Notes: generated from the letters alone by a model not told the origin. A DNA stretch of 32,000 nucleotides from Candidatus Korarchaeum cryptofilum OPF8 (GCF_000019605.1 NC_010482.1:450001-482000), one strand, 5' to 3'; shown: positions 16,349-24,913, numbered from the stretch's first letter. Numbers and translations: made by a program.

Positions 16349-17176
16349 TCACTTAGATCCAGTCTTCCCTATTATGACCTCTATGCCCTCCTCCCTCCCA
16401 ATCCTCCTGATCTCAGTCGCAACATCCTTTGGCGCTGTTAACACAACTAAAATCCTTCTAGATCTCCTTCCATACTTTTCCTCTGCCAATCTGGCTTTCC
16501 TCAGCAGCTTATTCACTTCTTCCACGCTCTCAGCGTGACCAGTTATCTCCCCAACTATCAGGGGATCGTCCAAGAAGATATCTATCTCCTCTCCATCTAT
16601 CTTAGCCCTAATGAGCTCCTTATCCTTTCCTATCTCCCCCAGCTCCCTCAACTGCTTCGTCAATAGCTTTCTCACGAACTCCTCGAAGGTGACTCCGGCG
16701 AACTTGCTCAGCTGACTGAATCCGTAGAGCATGGCCCCTCTGAAAGATTCATAAGTCTCCCTCATTCTCTCCTGTTCCCTCTTTATCTCGCTGATCTCAG
16801 TCTTCATCCTGCTGATTTCAGCTAACATTTTGTTGAAGTCCTCCCTCAGCTTCTTCTGCTCCTCCCTCAGCAGCTTTTGCTCCTCCTGCATTTTGTTGAA
16901 GTCCTCCCTCAGCTTCTTCTGCTCCTCCCTCAGCAGCTTTTGCTCCTCCTGCATTTTGTTGAAGTCCTCCCTCAGCTTCTTCTGCTCCTCCCTCAGCAGC
17001 TTTTGCTCCTCCTCTATCGAAGCAATACGCTCAAGCATCCTGTTGAAGTCCTCCCTCAGCTTCTCTATACTGCTCAAAATCTCAGTATTGAGAGCTACAC
17101 CGAGTTTCTCAGCTAGCTTCCTGGCGAGGTGAGGTTTCTCCTCAAGCTCCCTTATGAGCTCCTCCAGTAACGACAT
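16349..17176 (-). CDS. Coiled-coil protein with tandem 21-aa repeats and a C-terminal alpha/beta (possibly nuclease-fold-like) domain.
   Basis: It contains the repeats [20 protein letters not shown](Q/L). The C-terminus reads [21 protein letters not shown]...[10 protein letters not shown]. It resembles my recollection of archaeal COG5493-type coiled-coil proteins. Confidence 0.65.
   Translation of the reverse strand: MSLLEELIRELEEKPHLARKLAEKLGVALNTEILSSIEKLREDFNRMLERIASIEEEQKLLREEQKKLREDFNKMQEEQKLLREEQKKLREDFNKMQEEQKLLREEQKKLREDFNKMLAEISRMKTEISEIKREQERMRETYESFRGAMLYGFSQLSKFAGVTFEEFVRKLLTKQLRELGEIGKDKELIRAKIDGEEIDIFLDDPLIVGEITGHAESVEEVNKLLRKARLAEEKYGRRSRRILVVLTAPKDVATEIRRIGREEGIEVIIGKTGSK
16828..17013. 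repeat. Tandem repeat of a 63-bp unit, 2.95 perfect copies, inside the coiled-coil CDS.
   Basis: The unit TTTTGTTGAAGTCCTCCCTCAGCTTCTTCTGCTCCTCCCTCAGCAGCTTTTGCTCCTCCTGCA starts at 16828, 16891 and 16954. A diverged partial copy lies near 17040-17070. Confidence 0.95.
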
Positions 17177-17437
17177 CCTACTTACTCCTCAAGGGTTCCT
17201 CTAATTAAGCTTTCTCATCGCAATCTGGGGATCCCGAATTTTATTTATCGATGGACCGCTCATAGATTTTATTAAAAATCGCAGCTAAATGGAAATTTAA
17301 TATATGGAGCTTCGGATCCTATTATGCGAAAATATATTTTAATTCTAATAACTTTATGCTGTATGCACATCCAACCCTTCTCGGGTGCTCTATGATAGCC
17401 TTTAGTTCTCAAATTCATGCTGCCCTCTTCGGCCAGC

Positions 17438-17480
17438 AAGTGTTTCCCATGGGAAACACTTTTATCCAGGAAGTGTTTCC
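17438..17480 (+). promoter_or_regulatory. Promoter of paralog B: a 24-bp perfect palindrome, a TATA-like box, and a repeated half-site.
   Basis: AAGTGTTTCCCATGGGAAACACTT is at 17438-17461 and overlaps TTTTATCC. The half-site AAGTGTTTCC recurs at 17471-17480, 10 nt before the ATG at 17490. Confidence 0.6.
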
Positions 17481-17489
17481 TATAGATTA

Positions 17490-18749
17490 ATGGAGGGAAC
17501 GCTCAGATCCCTTATCTCGGAGTGGTTCTCCAGCGAGATACCTAAGCTTGTGAGGAGAGATATCTCCCTCCCAATTAGAGGGAATGCATTGGCCTTAATT
17601 GGCCCTAGAAGAGCTGGGAAAACTTTCATGATGTATCAAATAGCTTCAGATCTAATGCAGAGGGGAATCGCCAGGGAATCCATCGTTTACCTGAACTTTG
17701 AGGACCTTAGGCTCTCCAATCTGAGGGAAGAGGACTTTCCAACGTTCCTGAAGATATTGGCGGAGATGACCAAACCCCTGCCCTCGGGTGAGAAAGCGCT
17801 TCTACTATTAGATGAGGTTCAGAACCTGAAGGAGTGGGGGAGATGGGTCAGGTCCCTCCTGGATAGGGGGTATGCTGTCGTCTCCGGATCCTCCTCGAAG
17901 GTGGGGGTGAGGGAGATACCGACGGAGCTCAGGGGCAGGTACTTGGAGAGGCTGGTCTTACCCCTCTCCTTCAGGGAATTCCTGAAGTTCAGAGAGGTAA
18001 ATATAGACTATTTAGAGGCTCCCGAGAAGAGAGGTAGAATATTGAGATATTTGAGGGAGTATTTGATGCTTGGAGGCTTCCCTGAAGTTGTCCTAAATCC
18101 GGAGCATGCAAAGGAGCTTTTAAGGGTTTACAGGGAGACCGTCTTTTACAGGGACATCATCGAGAGATTCAGGGTGAGGGACATATCCTCATTCAGATTC
18201 TTCTTGGAGATGCTCGAGGGCAGCTTCGGTAGCTATTTCTCCCTATCCTCAGCTCAGAAGACGTTCAAAAGTATGGGGATTAAGAAGAGTAAGAAGACGC
18301 TTGCAAACTACTTTAAGTACTGCGAGGACTCCTTCTACATCTTACCCATAAGGAAGTTCTCATTCAGCAGAAAAGCGATGCTACAGCAGCCTAGGAAGGT
18401 CTACCCCATCGATACGGGCTATATGAAAGGAGAATCCATCGGGAGGAGGATGGAGAGCTCGGTAGCTATTGAGCTCATGAGGAGGGGGGATGAGGCTTAC
18501 TATATGAAGGAAGGCGATAGTGAAGTGGACTTCCTCCTGGTGAGGGACAGGACCGTTGAAGAGGCAATACAGGTCAGCTATTCCCTTGATGAAGTTGAAA
18601 AGAGGGAAATAGAGGGATTGAGAAAGGCTTTCGATCTTTTCGGCGGGATTAAAGCCTCAATCCTGACATGGGATCTGGAGGGAGAGAGATCCTTGGATGG
18701 GAGGACTATCAGACTGATCCCTCTCTGGAAGTGGCTCCTCTCCCACTAG
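17490..18749 (+). CDS. AAA+ ATPase, COG1373 type with a DUF4143-like C-terminal domain (paralog B).
   Basis: It has Walker A GPRRAGKTFMM and Walker B LLLDEVQ, plus the C-terminal EVDFLL...IQVSY...LIPLWKWL. Confidence 0.85.
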   Translation: MEGTLRSLISEWFSSEIPKLVRRDISLPIRGNALALIGPRRAGKTFMMYQIASDLMQRGIARESIVYLNFEDLRLSNLREEDFPTFLKILAEMTKPLPSGEKALLLLDEVQNLKEWGRWVRSLLDRGYAVVSGSSSKVGVREIPTELRGRYLERLVLPLSFREFLKFREVNIDYLEAPEKRGRILRYLREYLMLGGFPEVVLNPEHAKELLRVYRETVFYRDIIERFRVRDISSFRFFLEMLEGSFGSYFSLSSAQKTFKSMGIKKSKKTLANYFKYCEDSFYILPIRKFSFSRKAMLQQPRKVYPIDTGYMKGESIGRRMESSVAIELMRRGDEAYYMKEGDSEVDFLLVRDRTVEEAIQVSYSLDEVEKREIEGLRKAFDLFGGIKASILTWDLEGERSLDGRTIRLIPLWKWLLSH

Positions 18750-18879
18750 CCCGCGGAGGCTTCGAATCATTGATAATACAATGAGATCGCGGTGAAAATG
18801 GGGCGAGGACCCTAATAAGTAACGGAAGATTCTCCTAGAGAAAACGTCTGAGCATGCTCTCTATTGTTAAGACGGATCT

Positions 18880-18911
18880 TTTTGTGGTAATCGGGTTTTG
18901 TGGTAATCGGG
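18880..18911. repeat. Direct tandem repeat, 2 x 16 bp (TTTTGTGGTAATCGGG).
   Basis: The copies were read directly at 18880-18895 and 18896-18911, in the intergenic region between paralogs B and C. Confidence 0.9.
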
Positions 18912-19019
18912 CTCATTAAATCCCTTAATCCTTTGTCAGTCCTCGAGGGATATCATCCTACGATAATCGATTCGAGAGGGATCCAGAACTTTAAGAGTAC
19001 TTCCCTCTCAATCCCCGAG

Positions 19020-19105
19020 TCTATCCCCAAATTAGAGGGAATAACTTGACCTTAATCGTGGAAGAGCTGGGAAAACTTTTGATGTATCGCCTCCGATCTT
19101 ACGAC
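19020..19105 (+). pseudogene. Decayed 5' fragment (Walker A region) of a COG1373 ATPase, homologous to 17573-17657 of paralog B.
   Basis: AATTAGAGGGAATAACTTGACCTTAATCG..GGAAGAGCTGGGAAAACTTTTGATGTATCG aligns with AATTAGAGGGAATGCATTGGCCTTAATTGGCCCTAGAAGAGCTGGGAAAACTTTCATGATGTATCA. Indels destroy the GK(T/S) reading frame. Confidence 0.65.
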
Positions 19106-19151
19106 TGTACGGGCAGCTGGATGATGATATTATCCTCAATCGATCCTCTTA

Positions 19152-19195
19152 TTTTTGGGTCACATGTGACCCAAAAACTTATAAATTTGGGTCAC
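19152..19195 (+). promoter_or_regulatory. Promoter of paralog C: a 26-bp perfect palindrome, a TATA box, and a repeated half-site.
   Basis: TTTTTGGGTCACATGTGACCCAAAAA is at 19152-19177, followed by CTTATAAATT at 19178-19187. The half-site TTTGGGTCAC is at 19186-19195. The in-frame GTG at 19208 is about 25 nt from the TATA centre. Confidence 0.65.
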
Positions 19196-19207
19196 GTATG
19201 GTTACCT

Positions 19208-20521
19208 GTGAGGAAGGAGGAGATAATCTCCATACTCTCGGAGTGGAATTTCTGGGGAAGGGGCCTCGACACCGGGCACGAGAGGACGTTCTATCTGAAA
19301 AGAATTCTAAGCTTCTTGGAGGGAGTCGAAAAAGTGATTTCGATCTATGGTGTGAGGAGAAGCGGGAAAAGCTTTCTGCTGAGGCAGGTCGCCAGGGAGC
19401 TCTCCGAGAAGCTTGGTAAGAATAATGTGCTCTATGTAAATTTTGAGGAAGTTAGATTCGGCAGCAATGATGTTAGCATGCTCGTCGAAATTTATGATGC
19501 ATACAGGGAGTTCATAAGACCCGATAAAAAGCCCCTCTTAATCCTCGATGAGGTGCAGGAGATAAGGGAATGGGAGAGGTTCGTTAGGAGTCTGCATGAG
19601 AAAAATGAGGCCAGAATTATCGTTTCAGGTTCCTCCGCTAGGTTGATGAGCGAGGATCTGGCCACACTTCTGTCCGGCAGGGACATCCCAGTCGAGGTCT
19701 TTCCCCTGAGCTTCCGTGAGTTTTTGGAGTTCAGGGGCGTAGAAGTGGGCGGCGAGAGGGACGTAATTATAAAAAAATTTGAAATAATTCGGAATCTGAG
19801 GGAATACCTTGAGTTTGGAGGCTTCCCCGAAGTTGTCCTGGAGGGCGATGAGGAGAGGAAAAAGGCCATTCTCAGGAGATACTTCGAGACCATACTGGTG
19901 AAAGACGTGGAAAGGAGATTCAGGGTGAGGGAAAGGGAGAAGCTCGAGTTTCTGGCGAATTTTTACATGACAAATATCTCCTCACCAGTGACCTACACTA
20001 GCATTTCCAAAATTTTAAACATTCCTAGGAAAACTGTCGAAAGATTTTCATCTTATTTGGCAACATCTAGGGCATTATTCTTCATCAACAGGTTTTCGCC
20101 TACGCTGAAGGAACAGGAGAGGGCTGCAAGGAAGGTCTATTCAATAGATACTGGAATGAGCAATGCAATTGGTTTCAGGATTTTCGAAAACTATGGAAAG
20201 ACCATGGAGAACGTTGTGGCAGTTGAGCTCTTGAGGAGGTCCTCAACTTCTCCTGTAGTGAGGATCTACTACCTTAAGATCGATGGGAGGGAGGTGGATT
20301 TCGTCGTAAAGGAGGGAGTGAGGATAAAGCAGTTAATACAGGTGAGCTATGCGTCCAGCATGGGTGAAATAAACAGGAGGGAGATAGATTCACTGCTAAA
20401 AGCCAGCGAGGAGCTGAGGTGCAGCGACTTGATTGTGATAACTTGGGATCTGGAGGACCGGATCACGGTGGATGGGAAAGTCGTGAAACTCGTCCCCCTC
20501 TGGAAATGGCTCTTGATGTAG
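19208..20521 (+). CDS. AAA+ ATPase, COG1373 type with a DUF4143-like C-terminal domain (paralog C).
   Basis: It has Walker A GVRRSGKSFLL and Walker B LILDEVQ, plus the C-terminal EVDFVV...IQVSY...LVPLWKWL. The ORF is open from 19046, but that extension covers the promoter palindrome, the TATA box and the pseudogene remnant. With GTG 19208 the N-terminus RKEEIISILSEWNFW aligns with the N-termini of paralogs A and B. Confidence 0.8.
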   Translation: MRKEEIISILSEWNFWGRGLDTGHERTFYLKRILSFLEGVEKVISIYGVRRSGKSFLLRQVARELSEKLGKNNVLYVNFEEVRFGSNDVSMLVEIYDAYREFIRPDKKPLLILDEVQEIREWERFVRSLHEKNEARIIVSGSSARLMSEDLATLLSGRDIPVEVFPLSFREFLEFRGVEVGGERDVIIKKFEIIRNLREYLEFGGFPEVVLEGDEERKKAILRRYFETILVKDVERRFRVREREKLEFLANFYMTNISSPVTYTSISKILNIPRKTVERFSSYLATSRALFFINRFSPTLKEQERAARKVYSIDTGMSNAIGFRIFENYGKTMENVVAVELLRRSSTSPVVRIYYLKIDGREVDFVVKEGVRIKQLIQVSYASSMGEINRREIDSLLKASEELRCSDLIVITWDLEDRITVDGKVVKLVPLWKWLLM

Positions 20522-20601
20522 AAGAGGATAATCTCATTATGTACTCAAGAAGTTCAAGCGTTCTCTCAAGCCTCTCATCGAATGAAGGTAGAAGTTAATA
20601 C

Positions 20602-20892
20602 TTGCCATTGAGGAATGTGGAGAGGATAGCTAAAGCTGCTGAGGAGTTGATGCTTGCTGAGATATACGTCTTCGGGAGCGTCGTGAAAGGGGAAGCGACA
20701 GGGGGCAGCGATGTAGATATCCTCATAAAATCTAATGATCTTCCCAAGAGCAATCTTGAGAGGGCAGGGATAAAGATTAGGATAGAGGAGATGGCGGGCC
20801 TCCCCGCGTACCATCCATTCGAGATTCATCTGTCGGATGATGAGGAGATGGAATGGTACTCTAGGATAAAGGAGCTCAAACGCATCCATTAG
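20602..20892 (+). CDS. Minimal nucleotidyltransferase (MNT, Pol-beta superfamily) with no adjacent HEPN partner.
   Basis: It carries the YVFGSVVKGEATGGSDVDILI motif (GS-x9-D-x-D). The start is TTG at 20602 or GTG at 20617. Confidence 0.8.
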   Translation: MPLRNVERIAKAAEELMLAEIYVFGSVVKGEATGGSDVDILIKSNDLPKSNLERAGIKIRIEEMAGLPAYHPFEIHLSDDEEMEWYSRIKELKRIH

Positions 20893-20917
20893 GCTTTTTT
20901 CCTGAGAGAACTTCCAC

Positions 20918-21358
20918 CTAATGCTCATATTTCCGATAATCCCTCAGGTGCAGAGCTGGGATCTCCCCCTTAGCTTTCTCGTATAGCTCATCGTCTGCCG
21001 TCAGGAGGGTTGCCCCTATCTTCTTTGAGGCCATTACGTATATGCTGTCATAGTATGTTGCATTTTTCTCAATGCTCCACTCTAGAACCCCCTCATATTC
21101 TCTTTCATCAAGCTCTATTGAGCATATCCTGAGATCGAGGAAATATGAAAACTTCTGAACCGCCTCTCCTCGACTTATAAATCCCTGCCTGACAGCCTTC
21201 CACAGCGTGTTCCCAACCTCATATATCGCTAATCTCGGTGCTCTTAGATCGAATTTTCCCTCGAGAAAGCCCTCGAGGATTGATATCGCTTCCTCCGCTA
21301 GATCCTCAACTAGGAGGAATCTTGAAGAAACTGAGGCATCCACCACATAGACGGTCAA
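20918..21358 (-). CDS. vapC: PIN-domain toxin VapC.
   Basis: It has the N-terminal VYVVDASV and the C-terminal LLTADDELYEKA, with PIN-like acidic residue spacing. It overlaps the upstream RHH gene by 4 nt. Confidence 0.8.
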   Translation of the reverse strand: MTVYVVDASVSSRFLLVEDLAEEAISILEGFLEGKFDLRAPRLAIYEVGNTLWKAVRQGFISRGEAVQKFSYFLDLRICSIELDEREYEGVLEWSIEKNATYYDSIYVMASKKIGATLLTADDELYEKAKGEIPALHLRDYRKYEH

Positions 21359-21591
21359 CGGGTCTCCCTCATCCCCCTTATCGCCCTGTTTATAAATCCC
21401 CTTGGAACGGCATGCTTTCCCACTTTCAATTCCTCTAAAAGCTTCTTTGCTGCATTTTTCCTCTCCTCCATCTCTATTCTCTGCCTTATAGCTTCTCTAA
21501 TATACTCGGACCAGTTTATATCGATAGAGTCCATCTTCCTCTTAAGCTCCTCATCTACCTTAACTGTGATAGTACGCAATGGCATCACCAA
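21355..21591 (-). CDS. vapB: Ribbon-helix-helix (CopG-like) antitoxin VapB.
   Basis: RTITVKVDEELKRKMDS...WSEYIREAIRQRI shows the RHH pattern, and the gene is translationally coupled to vapC. Confidence 0.75.
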   Translation of the reverse strand: MVMPLRTITVKVDEELKRKMDSIDINWSEYIREAIRQRIEMEERKNAAKKLLEELKVGKHAVPRGFINRAIRGMRETR

Positions 21592-21900
21592 AATAATAAC
21601 GGTAAGTAATCTATTAAAGCATTACTAACGGTAATCCATGAGTACTATTTCACTTCGCACTAAATTTTTATCAAAGTCAGCACTAACTTAAAAAGGACTA
21701 GCTGATATTATCAGGAAATTGTTGTAATCATTAAAATCCTTAACTCGAGGAAATTATTTGGGGGATGACGTTCCTCCTCGGTATCATACGGTATTCTCGA
21801 AATCATTATCTAAAAAATAAGTATGATCTCCCCTTATTATGTAGGGAGTTTTTTTTCAACTTCTATCAAAGTTCCTCTAGTTTTCTGCTCTTAAATCTCC

Positions 21901-22570
21901 GTGAACAGCTCGAAATCACTTGATCCTGTCTTTATGAAAGGGGTTGAGCTGGAGAAAATTTGGGCAAGAGGCATGCTCGAGCGTAGAGGCTCAGTTGCAA
22001 AGATCGCATATGTGGGAGAATCTCCCGCCGGGCTGATCCAGTATACTCCTGTTCCTGATGAGATGGTTGTCCGCATAATCTGCATACTTGTACCATACAA
22101 GGAGCATCGGAGTAGGGGATTGGAAGAAGGCTCCTAACTAGTCTCATTGAGGATATTGAGGAGCCCTAAAAGCTGGTTCGGCGGTAGACCTCCATTAGCG
22201 CTCGTGACTGAGCCTTTTCCAGGGGAGATGCCCGGCCAGTTGTACTATCCTTCCAAGCACAACTTCGTCTACAGGCCCGTTAAGCGAAGCAGACCAAACT
22301 GCATGCCACAGGAGGATGACAAGGGAAAGGTGGTGATAATTTACGGCCCTTCCTTCTGTCCATGGTCATATTTATTCTTAAGAAGTCCGGGCAAGAGATA
22401 GAGAAGGCTGTACATAACGTGCGCATCAGATAAACAGTTTGTAGGAACCTGCCGGGGCTGAGAAAATCGGCATCTCCGAAGGTGTAATTGTAAACGGTAA
22501 ACTCATAAGTTCCTTCATACTATATGATAGGGAGGCTTTTATAAAGGAGGTTCCTGCTGCAGGAAAATAA
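21901..22570 (+). pseudogene. Decayed gene, apparently a GNAT acetyltransferase-like N-terminal part fused to a thioredoxin-fold-like C-terminal part, broken by at least 3 frame changes.
   Basis: Protein-like segments lie in different frames. They read ...VGESPAGLIQYTPVPDEMVVRIICILVPYKEH..RG(I), then SPKSWFGGRPPLALVTEPFPGEMPGQLYYPSKHNFVYRPV...KVVIIYGPSFCPWSY, then FILKKSGQEIEKAVHNVRI, then EKIGISEGVIVNGKLISSFILYDREAFIKEVPAAGK, ending at a stop at 22568-22570. Confidence 0.5.
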
Positions 22571-22726
22571 GTATAGCGCATCCCTGCCCGATGAAAGGCT
22601 GACAAATGAATCGTGAAGGCAGGAGCAATATTCCCATTCTCAGCTTTATAACCTGAATTTTATTAGTTGTCAGAAATTTTTGATATAAAAATTCATCTTT
22701 CTGGAGAGTTTCTTAAAATTTTGTTC

Positions 22727-23401
22727 TCATTGGATTCCGTAATACTTCCCCAGATCCCCCTTCCAGCCCTCATACTTGTACTCGGGCAGCTTCCTCACCC
22801 TTCTGATGGGCTTAGCTATTATCTCTCTAACCTCAAACTCCTCGAAGAATCCCCCGCTGTGAGAGGCCCTCACCACTAAGGCCGTGTCCAGGCCTTTATA
22901 TGTGCCAGCGCATGATATCACTTCCTCCCCCGGCTCCACCTCGCCAGCATCAGTAGCCATCAGGACTACCTCTATCGCTATCTTCGTCCCGGCCCCGAAT
23001 ACCTCCAAAGTCTTATCTATTATAGCCTCGGGGGTCGGGTAATCCCAGTTTATGCACCTTGATGGTGGTGCGAATGGCCTAGTTCCCTGCACTATCCTCA
23101 CACCGTTCTCCTCTAGTTTCCTGAGGGTCTCAGCATATTCCTTTCTCCTGAGCCCTATCGGTATATCCCCCCTAGGCCCCCAAGTCTTGCTGGGGTAGTG
23201 AGTCACTACTATCAATTTCACCCCCGTGTCCCTGAATATCTCGAGGGCTTTCACCGCGCTCCTCCCAGTCTCAGATGCGATTACGACCTTCTTTATCCCC
23301 CTCTCCTCGCACCTCGATTTAGCTGCGAGGAGGACCCTCTCAGTGTTTATCTCACCACAATATTGGAAATATATGACCTCGCTCTCGATATCCCCTTCCA
23401 T
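22727..23401 (-). CDS. Protein resembling the pyruvate kinase C-terminal alpha/beta domain (224 aa).
   Basis: YFQYCGEINTERVLLAAKSRCEERGIKKVVIASETGRSAVKALE resembles my recollection of the PK_C-like archaeal family. This was not verified by a search. Confidence 0.5.
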   Translation of the reverse strand: MEGDIESEVIYFQYCGEINTERVLLAAKSRCEERGIKKVVIASETGRSAVKALEIFRDTGVKLIVVTHYPSKTWGPRGDIPIGLRRKEYAETLRKLEENGVRIVQGTRPFAPPSRCINWDYPTPEAIIDKTLEVFGAGTKIAIEVVLMATDAGEVEPGEEVISCAGTYKGLDTALVVRASHSGGFFEEFEVREIIAKPIRRVRKLPEYKYEGWKGDLGKYYGIQ

Positions 23402-23542
23402 ATGGGACGGTGAACCGCTCCCTCTTATCCTTTTTCATGAACTGATGGAACTTATCCTATCTAATGGGAACTAAAGAAAGCTTAATTTACGGGAGCCTGA
23501 GGACACGAGAATTAGTTACTTAAAAATTTGTAATTTTAGATA

Positions 23543-23938
23543 TCATCCGCCCTCTCCCGTTACCAATATCTCCAGAGAGTCGAAATCGTGCTTCAAACTA
23601 GCTCTGACCTCAACTATAGCTGAATGACTTCCTACTTCGGAGGGGGCCCTTATCTCAAGCTCGTAATTAGAGCCAGAAGCCCTGAATCCCTCTATCTCAA
23701 CTTCATTACCATCGATGAAGACCTTAAAGTTCCTCTCCTCCAGATCCCCATCATTGATCTTCGCGAGGATCCTCACTCTCTCCCCGGGGCCGCAGGTCAG
23801 GAAATGCTTATCAAGTCTTATAAACCCTTCCACGGGCCTCCTGGATGCGGATATACCGAGTATCTCCAAAACAGCTATCGAAGCCCATAGTAAGGCTTCA
23901 GTTGGCCTGCAGGAGTGGATATCAAGGATAGCTAACAT
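23543..23938 (-). CDS. Hypothetical protein (131 aa) with a hydrophobic N-terminus and a beta-rich C-terminal part.
   Basis: Support comes only from the ORF and a coding-like composition. Confidence 0.4.
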   Translation of the reverse strand: MLAILDIHSCRPTEALLWASIAVLEILGISASRRPVEGFIRLDKHFLTCGPGERVRILAKINDGDLEERNFKVFIDGNEVEIEGFRASGSNYELEIRAPSEVGSHSAIVEVRASLKHDFDSLEILVTGEGG

Positions 23939-24203
23939 TATGAATGGGATAGCGGGGAGGGTCGCGCGAAGAGGAGGACCTTGGACCTGCTCATCGATTG
24001 ATAAATTAATGAGAATAATAATTTTGGTAGACTCTTCAAAAATTCATAAACTCAAACTGGGTTTATAAACGATTAAAGATCGCTGAGATCAGCTGGAGTC
24101 CTTGGGCTTCATCGGAATTAAGATCTTGAGCTGTCGGAGGGCATCCCTTTAACTTTTCTGATGGGAGAGTCGTGATTGATGCTTGAACAGAGCAACTTGT
24201 AAC

Positions 24204-24725
24204 TTATTTTAGGATTTTCTCCTTCATCAAGTTTATTATATCGGATTTTATAGAGGAGATCTCTCCCTGAAGGGCCCTCACATCTTCCCTCAGCTCATCT
24301 ATCCTCCTGTTCGTCTCAGCAATCTTCTCGCTCAAAGAGCTATTTATCTCATTCATTCTTTCGTTAAGAGAATCCCTCAGCTCATCTATCCTCTTATTAG
24401 TCTCAGCAATTCTCTCATTCAAAGAATCCCTGATCTCATCCACCCTCTTATTCGTCTCAGCAATCTTCTCGCTCAAAGAATCCCTCAGCTCATCCACCCT
24501 CTTATTCGTCTCAGCAATTCTCTCGCTAAGGGAATCTCTCAAATCATCTATCCTCTTATTGAGGGATTCGTTCATTATCTCCATTCTTTTATTCATCTGG
24601 TCAAGAAGAAGAACTATGATCTCGGTATCCGTTAGCCTTTTTCCTTCCGTGAGCTTTCTGGCTATCTTCTCCGAGAACTGCTTAAGGGCCTCCTCAAGAA
24701 CTGATGTGACCAGGACTTCCGCCAT
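24204..24725 (-). CDS. Coiled-coil protein (173 aa) built from 18-aa repeats.
   Basis: The repeats DSL(S/N)E(R/K)IAETNKR(V/I)DE(L/I)R occur in tandem. There is no globular C-terminal domain. Confidence 0.65.
   Translation of the reverse strand: MAEVLVTSVLEEALKQFSEKIARKLTEGKRLTDTEIIVLLLDQMNKRMEIMNESLNKRIDDLRDSLSERIAETNKRVDELRDSLSEKIAETNKRVDEIRDSLNERIAETNKRIDELRDSLNERMNEINSSLSEKIAETNRRIDELREDVRALQGEISSIKSDIINLMKEKILK
24288..24590. repeat. Imperfect tandem repeat of a 54-bp unit inside the coiled-coil CDS.
   Basis: Unit starts (CCCTCAG/CCCTGAT) are at 24374, 24428 and 24482 with a 54-nt period. More diverged copies lie at 24288-24373 and 24536-24590. Confidence 0.85.
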
Positions 24726-24913
24726 CGCCTAATTCGGCAGCAATTGAATATAAAGCTTGCATATTCCGTGAAAAACTGGGGTACTTTCGCCCACAAATAT
24801 TTTTACTCCAACAGCGATTCTCCTATGAGAAACTCTGGGGCTAGATTTTAGGAATTCTAAATGAATCGAGATCTTCACTGAACGCTATTAGCGAGATCCC
24901 TCATTTTGAGTAC

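Noticed and set aside
16830-17132. Plus-strand ORFs 16830..17132 and 16877..17116, with repetitive SSL/LLL translations.
   Set aside because: They are the antisense reading of the 63-bp tandem repeats in the coiled-coil gene, which has a far more protein-like sense translation.
13831-20521. The shared C-terminal EVDF(L/V)...IQVSY motif of the three COG1373 paralogs could be a PD-(D/E)xK nuclease core in which the ExK has become QxS, that is, inactivated.
   Set aside because: I cannot recall the family consensus reliably enough. IQV may be the normal archaeal form. Deciding this needs a family alignment or a structure model.
20575-20928. A 117-aa minus-strand ORF overlapping the MNT gene.
   Set aside because: The plus-strand frame carries the diagnostic GS-x9-D-x-D nucleotidyltransferase motif, and the antisense ORF has no features.
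21592-21900. An AT-rich 300-bp spacer with two AACGGTAA direct repeats and an AGTAAT/ATTACT inverted pair just upstream of vapB. I considered it as a possible integration site or mobile-element border.
   Set aside because: There is no tRNA, integrase or terminal inverted/direct repeat pair. The short repeats are more simply a VapB autoregulatory operator, and they are too short to assert.
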